From: Rhodothermales bacterium
GTDB taxonomy: Bacteria; Bacteroidota; Rhodothermia; Rhodothermales; VXPQ01
DNA: 12,148 nucleotides
Reading direction: 5' to 3'
Assembly (NCBI GenBank): GCA_040904565.1
Contig: JBBDTI010000009.1
Coordinates: 1-12,148, forward strand
In this document: piece by piece, positions 7,582-12,148 of the stretch
Position numbering within the stretch: position 1 is the stretch's first letter
Layout of the letters: every line of letters starts with the position of its first letter
Made by a program: the position numbers and the translations under genes
The notes under the pieces: generated by a model
Told to the model about the DNA's origin: nothing
The model's input: the letters and a program-made list of their open reading frames with translations, nothing else
The model's database searches: none

Positions 7582-8717
7582 GTTGGATTCGACGTATCGA
7601 AACGCTGACGCTGCGGCGCCTGCCGCATCCCACGCTGGGTGCGGCAGCCGTCATCGTCGTGCTGGCCGTGATGGTACTGCCGGCGCCGTTGCTCGCTTCC
7701 GGTTCGTACGGCTGGGCGGCAGGCGATACACTGCACTATACACTGGACGACTCACTGGACGGGACACTGGACGACTCACTTGGCGAATCACTGGGAGAGT
7801 CCGCGCGCGTCTCGCCCGCGGCGCAGCTCAGGTCCCGGCTTCTGTACGACACGATCGCTGCGGGCCGTTCTCTGGATAGGAGCGATGCGGTGGGTTCGTC
7901 GTCGGAAGCTCGGCGCAGCGTGCCGCTCGCCTTCGGCCTCTCGGCGGCGCTTCCCGGTGCCGGACAGGTTTACAATCGTACGTGGATTCGTGCTGCAGGC
8001 GCGTTCATCGTAGAGTCGGGACTCATTCTGGGGTACGTACTGTGGAAGGACAGAGGGCAGGACGCGGAAGCAGCCTATAAAAACTATGCGCACGAGCACT
8101 GGGATCCCGGGCAGTACGCCGCGTGGTTGAACGACTATGTCGACTATCTCGAGGAAGTGGACGGCGGGTCGCTCGGTGTGGACGACATCCCGATTCCCCA
8201 GGGCATCGATTTTTCCGAGCCCCTGGCCTGGAGCCCTCAGGAGCGGCAGGCCGTTCGTTCATTCTTCGATGAGGTGCGTGCAGTCGAGGACGAGGTCTAT
8301 CATCCCGAAACCGGGGCCGCCTTCTCTCACAATCTGCCGTATTTTGCGGAGCAGCAGTATTACGAGTTGATCGGAAAGTATTTCCAGTTTGCTCCTGGTT
8401 GGGCGGACTATCCACGCTGGAAGGAGGGGGACGCTTTTACGGATGCCATCGACCCGGAGCGCACGGGATCGGACGGAACGAAGCCGAACGTGCAGGGCCG
8501 ATTCCTGGAATACGCCTCGGATCACGCCGATGCCAACACGCTGCTTCGCCGCGCATCACGCGCCTCCGCCTTTCTCGTGCTGCATCACGTGGTCGCGGCC
8601 TTCGACGCCGCCATCTCCGCGAAATTGCACAACGATCGGATCCAGACGGGCGTCGAACTCGGCATGGACCGCTTCCAGCAGCCGCAGCTCTCGGCGGCCC
8701 TCTCCGTCCGGCTGTAG
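7578..8717 (+). CDS. Membrane/envelope protein with DUF5683/TM2-like motif, unknown function (379 aa)
   Basis: ATG 7578 overlaps the thioredoxin stop (ATGA). N-terminal hydrophobic stretch; motif AFGLSAALPGAGQVYN..W followed by a hydrophobic helix; QQYYELIGKYFQFAPGWAD; late hydrophobic segment ending AFDAAISAKLHN; beta-strand-like C-terminus LSAALSVRL. Confidence 0.75.
   Translation: MSWIRRIETLTLRRLPHPTLGAAAVIVVLAVMVLPAPLLASGSYGWAAGDTLHYTLDDSLDGTLDDSLGESLGESARVSPAAQLRSRLLYDTIAAGRSLDRSDAVGSSSEARRSVPLAFGLSAALPGAGQVYNRTWIRAAGAFIVESGLILGYVLWKDRGQDAEAAYKNYAHEHWDPGQYAAWLNDYVDYLEEVDGGSLGVDDIPIPQGIDFSEPLAWSPQERQAVRSFFDEVRAVEDEVYHPETGAAFSHNLPYFAEQQYYELIGKYFQFAPGWADYPRWKEGDAFTDAIDPERTGSDGTKPNVQGRFLEYASDHADANTLLRRASRASAFLVLHHVVAAFDAAISAKLHNDRIQTGVELGMDRFQQPQLSAALSVRL
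7728..7799 (+). repeat. In-frame 12-bp imperfect tandem repeat (6 units)
   Basis: ACACTGCACTAT, ACACTGGACGAC, TCACTGGACGGG, ACACTGGACGAC, TCACTTGGCGAA, TCACTGGGAGAG, encoding TLHY-TLDD-SLDG-TLDD-SLGE-SLGE. Confidence 0.85.
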
Positions 8718-8744
8718 CCCGGGCATCGGGAGGCGGAATTGAGG

Positions 8745-8773
8745 TTGTTAGAATCGATTCCATCCCCTACACT
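8745..8773 (+). promoter_or_regulatory. Putative sigma70-type promoter for the symporter gene
   Basis: TTGTTA (8745-8750), 17-nt spacer, TACACT (8768-8773), in an AT-richer intergenic patch about 75 nt upstream of ATG 8847. The spacer contains the palindrome GAATCGATTC. Confidence 0.45.
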
Positions 8774-8846
8774 TCGAGCGTAGTCCGGCCGATCACACGG
8801 TCGGAGCGGCACCCTGCTGTCTCTGCTGTTGTTTGGGACGACCCCT

Positions 8847-10187
8847 ATGATCTGGTATAAGAAGCTCCACTGGCAAATCATCATCGGCCTGGTCCTCGGA
8901 CTGGGTTTCGGGATCGTCGCCGCGGCGGTCGGCTGGCAGGAGTTCACGGCGGACTGGATCGCGCCGTTTGGGACGATCTTTCTCAATCTGCTGAAGCTGA
9001 TCGCCGTACCGTTGATCATCGCCTCTCTCATCACGGGAGTAGCGTCTCTGGCGGATTTGAGAAAGCTGTCGCGGATCGGAGGCAAGACGATCGCGATCTA
9101 CCTTGGCACGACATGCATCGCGCTGTTGATCGGCCTGACCGTCGTAAATGTGATGCAGCCGGGCCGCACCGTTCCGCCGGAGATGCGTGAGCGTCTGCAG
9201 GAGGCGTACGAGGGTGACGTCGAATCGCAGACCCTGATGGCCGAGGAAGCCAGGGAACGTGGGCCGCTTCAGCCGCTGGTAGACATGGTGCCTGAGAACG
9301 TGCTGGGATCGGCGTCCGACAACAGCAATATGCTTCAGGTCGTCTTCGTAGCGATCTTCTTCGGGATCGGCCTGCTGATGATCCCGAAGGAGAAAGCGCG
9401 GCCGCTGATCACGTTTTTCGACGGATTGAACGCGGTGGTTATTCGTCTGGTAGAGGTCATCATGATCACGGCGCCCGTGGGGGTGTTTGCGTTGCTTGCC
9501 GGTACCATTACGTCGATCGCGTCCGGAGGCCTGGCGGAGATCGGCTCTCTTCTGGGGGCGCTCGGCTATTACATGATCGCCGTGCTGGTCGGACTGGCCA
9601 TCCACACCTTTGTGACGTATCCGGTTCTCCTGAAAATTTTCACGCCCAAGTCGCTGCGCCGCTTTTTCCCGGCCATCGCTCCCGCCCAGCTCGTCGCTTT
9701 CTCGACGTCGTCGAGCGGAGCGACTTTACCCGTTACGATGGAGGTGGCCGAGAAGAATCTCGGCGTGTCCGAGGAGGTCTCCTCCTTCGTCCTGCCGCTC
9801 GGCGCGACGATCAATATGGACGGCACGGGACTCTATCAGGCCGTGGCGGCGGTCTTCATCGCGCAAACGCTCGGCCTCGGTCTGACTATCGGTGCCCAAA
9901 TTACGATTGTGCTGACAGCCGTGCTCGCTTCGATCGGCACCGCGGCGGTTCCCAGTGCCGGCATCGTGATGCTCGTGATCATTCTTGAGGCGGTGGGTAT
10001 ACCCACCGCGGGCATCGCGCTCATCCTCGGCGTGGATCGTCCGCTGGACATGGTTCGCACGGTCACGAATATCACCGGGGATCTTACGGTAGCGAGCATC
10101 GTGGCGGAGTCGGAAGGACAGCTCACGCCGCCGTCCGAGCTGGGTACACCGCCGCTGCAGCGCGGTGTCACGGTTCCCGCTTCCTGA
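8847..10187 (+). CDS. gltP: Dicarboxylate/amino acid:cation symporter (DAACS, GltP/GltT/GltPh family), likely Na+-coupled Asp/Glu
   Basis: ATG 8847 (MIWYKKLHWQIIIG). Motifs FLNLLKLIAVPL, AFSTSSSGATLP (HP1), LPLGATINMDGT (TM7), SIGTAAVPSAG (HP2), GVDRPLDMVRTVTNITGD (TM8). The symbol is used as a family-level name. Confidence 0.95.
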   Translation: MIWYKKLHWQIIIGLVLGLGFGIVAAAVGWQEFTADWIAPFGTIFLNLLKLIAVPLIIASLITGVASLADLRKLSRIGGKTIAIYLGTTCIALLIGLTVVNVMQPGRTVPPEMRERLQEAYEGDVESQTLMAEEARERGPLQPLVDMVPENVLGSASDNSNMLQVVFVAIFFGIGLLMIPKEKARPLITFFDGLNAVVIRLVEVIMITAPVGVFALLAGTITSIASGGLAEIGSLLGALGYYMIAVLVGLAIHTFVTYPVLLKIFTPKSLRRFFPAIAPAQLVAFSTSSSGATLPVTMEVAEKNLGVSEEVSSFVLPLGATINMDGTGLYQAVAAVFIAQTLGLGLTIGAQITIVLTAVLASIGTAAVPSAGIVMLVIILEAVGIPTAGIALILGVDRPLDMVRTVTNITGDLTVASIVAESEGQLTPPSELGTPPLQRGVTVPAS

Positions 10188-10279
10188 GCAGCCGTGCGAC
10201 AGTACCCGGTGCCGCCTGCGACAGCGACCTGACGTGTCGGGCGCCGGGCACGGGACGCGCCGGGCGCCGATCGCCTGTT

Positions 10280-11986
10280 GTGCCGCGCGACAGCGCGCTC
10301 GATGCGCCCCGTCAAGCCACCTCAATTTTTGGATCCGCCGTGAGTCAGCAGATGCTAGATAGGTCGATCGTCCAGCGGGACCCGTGCTGGGGTGCGGCAT
10401 CCGACCGGAGCCCGCTCGCCGCATGTCTCGCCGCAGGCGTTTCCGTGCTTCTGGCCTATCTCCTTCTGGCCGCGATGGATTGGCGGCCGGCAGCCGGCGG
10501 CGGGAGCACACCCGAAGCGCCTCCTATGCTTATCGAGACGGACGTCTCCGAAGCGCTGCTGGATTCGGCGAGACGGGAGCTGTACGCGTATCGGATGGCG
10601 GATGCGGAGCGCCTGCTCCACCAACTCGAACGCCGGCCCGATGGCCGTCCGGCAGCCCACTATTACCTCGCGATGGCCGCCCTCCATCGCGGTCTCATGT
10701 CCGACGATGCATCGCACTTCGAGCTCTTTGAAGAGCGATCGGATGCCCTTGCCGGTCTGCTGGCGGAGCGGGATCCGTCGGCGTGGCGCGATCTGATGGA
10801 GGCCGACCGGCGTCTCTGGCACGCTGCGGTTCATTCACGGCAGGGCCGCTACGTTCGTGCCGCCTGGGCTGCCCGCTCGGCGTACACCCGATATGAACGC
10901 GTCACGGCCACGTTTCCGGATATGTACGATGCATATTTCGGGCTCGGCCTGATCCATCTCTCCATCGGTTCTATGCCTCGATCGTACCGGTTCGTCCTGG
11001 ACGTGCTGGGATATTCGGGAGGGATCTCTCGCGGCCTCGGCGAGCTGGAGACGGCCTATCAGCGCGGCCGCGTGGCGCGTTACGAGGCAGGCATGGTGAT
11101 AGCGCTGACGCATGTCGTGCTGCACCTGGACGGCGAGCGGGCCGTGCGTATTGCAGCCGACCTGCTCGGAGAGATGCCGGGGAGTCCACTCGCGGCACAC
11201 GTCTTTGGGTTCGTACAGCTTGGCAGTGCTCGGGCCGCAGCGGCGGAGGAGCCGCTGCGCGAGGCGATCCGGCGCTCGGAGACGGAGGAATATTATTACG
11301 ATCGGTACCTCGACTTCTACCTGGCGGAAGTGCTTTTCCGGCAGGATGATTTTGAAGCATCGGAGCGGTACTACCGCCGGTATCTGGAGCGTTACGACGG
11401 ACCGCAGCTTATGGCCATGACCTATCTCGGTCTTGGCAAGGCGCTGGAGCTGCAGGGCCGGCGTCGGGAGGCCGTCGCAGCCTACGAGCAGGTACGATCG
11501 GCGAGATCGTTCGACACGGACGAGGCGGCGCGGCGGGCTGCAGGGAAACTCCTCTCCACGCCGCTGCTGGGAGCGGACTCCCTGCTGGTGCTGGCGACCA
11601 ACGCATTCGACAGCGGACGCACCGATCGGGCGCTCCGACTGCTCGAGGCGCTTCATCGAGATGGGTACGGCCTCACGGCAGATCAGCGGGCCGAAGCGGC
11701 CTATCGGATGGGCCGCATTCATGCAGCGGCCGGGCAGACCGACACGGCCGTGGAGGCGTTCGAACGTGCGATCGACATCCGCGGCGACCCGCTGAGCAGA
11801 TGGGCACCGTGGTCGGCGTTCTTTATGGGGAAGCTCTACCAGAGAGAGGGACGGCTCGACGAGGCTCGGAGCGCCTACGAGTACGCGCTCTCATTCGACG
11901 GCAGGTACGACTACTACCAGGCACTCGAGCAGAGCGTTCGGGCGGCTCTGGAGGTGATCGACGTGCTGGAAGGCTCGGGATCGTAG
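10280..11986 (+). CDS. Exported/membrane-anchored tetratricopeptide repeat protein with a TTC39/DUF3808-like region
   Basis: Start uncertain (GTG 10280, GTG 10340 or ATG 10352). Hydrophobic segment LAACLAAGVSVLLAYLLLAAM. Multiple TPR helices (FYLAEVLFRQDDFEASERYY, YLGLGKALELQGRRREAVAAYE, AAYRMGRIHAAAGQTDTAVEAFE, SAFFMGKLYQREGRLDEARSAYE). DAYFGLGLIHLSIGSMP...LGYSGGISRGLGELE resembles TTC39/Iml2. Confidence 0.85.
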   Translation: MPRDSALDAPRQATSIFGSAVSQQMLDRSIVQRDPCWGAASDRSPLAACLAAGVSVLLAYLLLAAMDWRPAAGGGSTPEAPPMLIETDVSEALLDSARRELYAYRMADAERLLHQLERRPDGRPAAHYYLAMAALHRGLMSDDASHFELFEERSDALAGLLAERDPSAWRDLMEADRRLWHAAVHSRQGRYVRAAWAARSAYTRYERVTATFPDMYDAYFGLGLIHLSIGSMPRSYRFVLDVLGYSGGISRGLGELETAYQRGRVARYEAGMVIALTHVVLHLDGERAVRIAADLLGEMPGSPLAAHVFGFVQLGSARAAAAEEPLREAIRRSETEEYYYDRYLDFYLAEVLFRQDDFEASERYYRRYLERYDGPQLMAMTYLGLGKALELQGRRREAVAAYEQVRSARSFDTDEAARRAAGKLLSTPLLGADSLLVLATNAFDSGRTDRALRLLEALHRDGYGLTADQRAEAAYRMGRIHAAAGQTDTAVEAFERAIDIRGDPLSRWAPWSAFFMGKLYQREGRLDEARSAYEYALSFDGRYDYYQALEQSVRAALEVIDVLEGSGS

Positions 11987-12094
11987 ATGCCTATACCTCC
12001 GGTGCGGTGCCCCTTATGTCAGGTGGTTACAGAGGCCGATGACGGTGGCTGCCTTTCTGACGGTGGACGACGGGGAGAGGTAGACGAGAGGGAG

Positions 12095-12148
12095 ATGCCG
12101 CGTCGTACCGAAGCATACCGCTACTGGTTGACAGGGGTGCGCACGGGA
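12095..12148 (+). CDS. Possible 5' end of a downstream gene (truncated by the window edge)
   Basis: ATG 12095 follows a purine-rich SD-like tract (GGGGAGAGGTAGACGAGAGGGAG) and reads MPRRTEAYRYWLTGVRTG, open to the edge. The frame is also open back to ATG 11987. Confidence 0.3.
   Translation, partial: MPRRTEAYRYWLTGVRTG

Noticed and set aside
10146-10168. Near-perfect palindrome ACACCG-C-CGCTGCAGCG-CGGTGT at the symporter 3' end
   Set aside because: It lies within coding sequence, is GC-rich and single-copy here, has no U-tract, and is plausible by chance.
165-12042. Many alternative-frame and minus-strand ORFs (e.g. 1119-2045, 5271-6098, 8793-9605, 10835-11722)
   Set aside because: They lie over well-supported genes, are mostly Arg/Pro/Gly-rich without motifs, and are expected in high-GC DNA.
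11987-12094. ORF from ATG 11987 with CPLC (zinc-ribbon-like) and a TGACGGTGG duplication
   Set aside because: No second Cys pair, atypical codons, and a better SD at 12095. The truncation prevents assessment.

Overview
GC-rich bacterial window in which all credible genes lie on the + strand. The T9SS sorting domain, Gln-initiated mature proteins and high GC suggest the FCB group, possibly Rhodothermales-like (inference). Gene order: probable 3' tail of a PorV-family gene (1-39); a secreted T9SS cargo with an M6/immune-inhibitor-A-like domain whose HExxH is destroyed, plus FG-GAP-like repeats; via an ATGA overlap, a fusion of an intact gluzincin peptidase, a six-repeat PD40/TolB-like propeller and an Omp85-like barrel; a 13-bp tandem repeat and hairpin; a membrane-anchored TlpA/ResA-like thioredoxin; via a second ATGA overlap, a DUF5683-like protein; a sigma70-like promoter and a DAACS Asp/Glu symporter; an exported TTC39/DUF3808-like TPR protein; and a possible truncated ORF. 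No mobile element, RNA gene or CRISPR array was seen. The most interesting signal is the coupled pair of a dead peptidase exported by T9SS and an active peptidase fused to an Omp85 barrel, next to porV. All family calls come from motif recognition by eye, not database searches.
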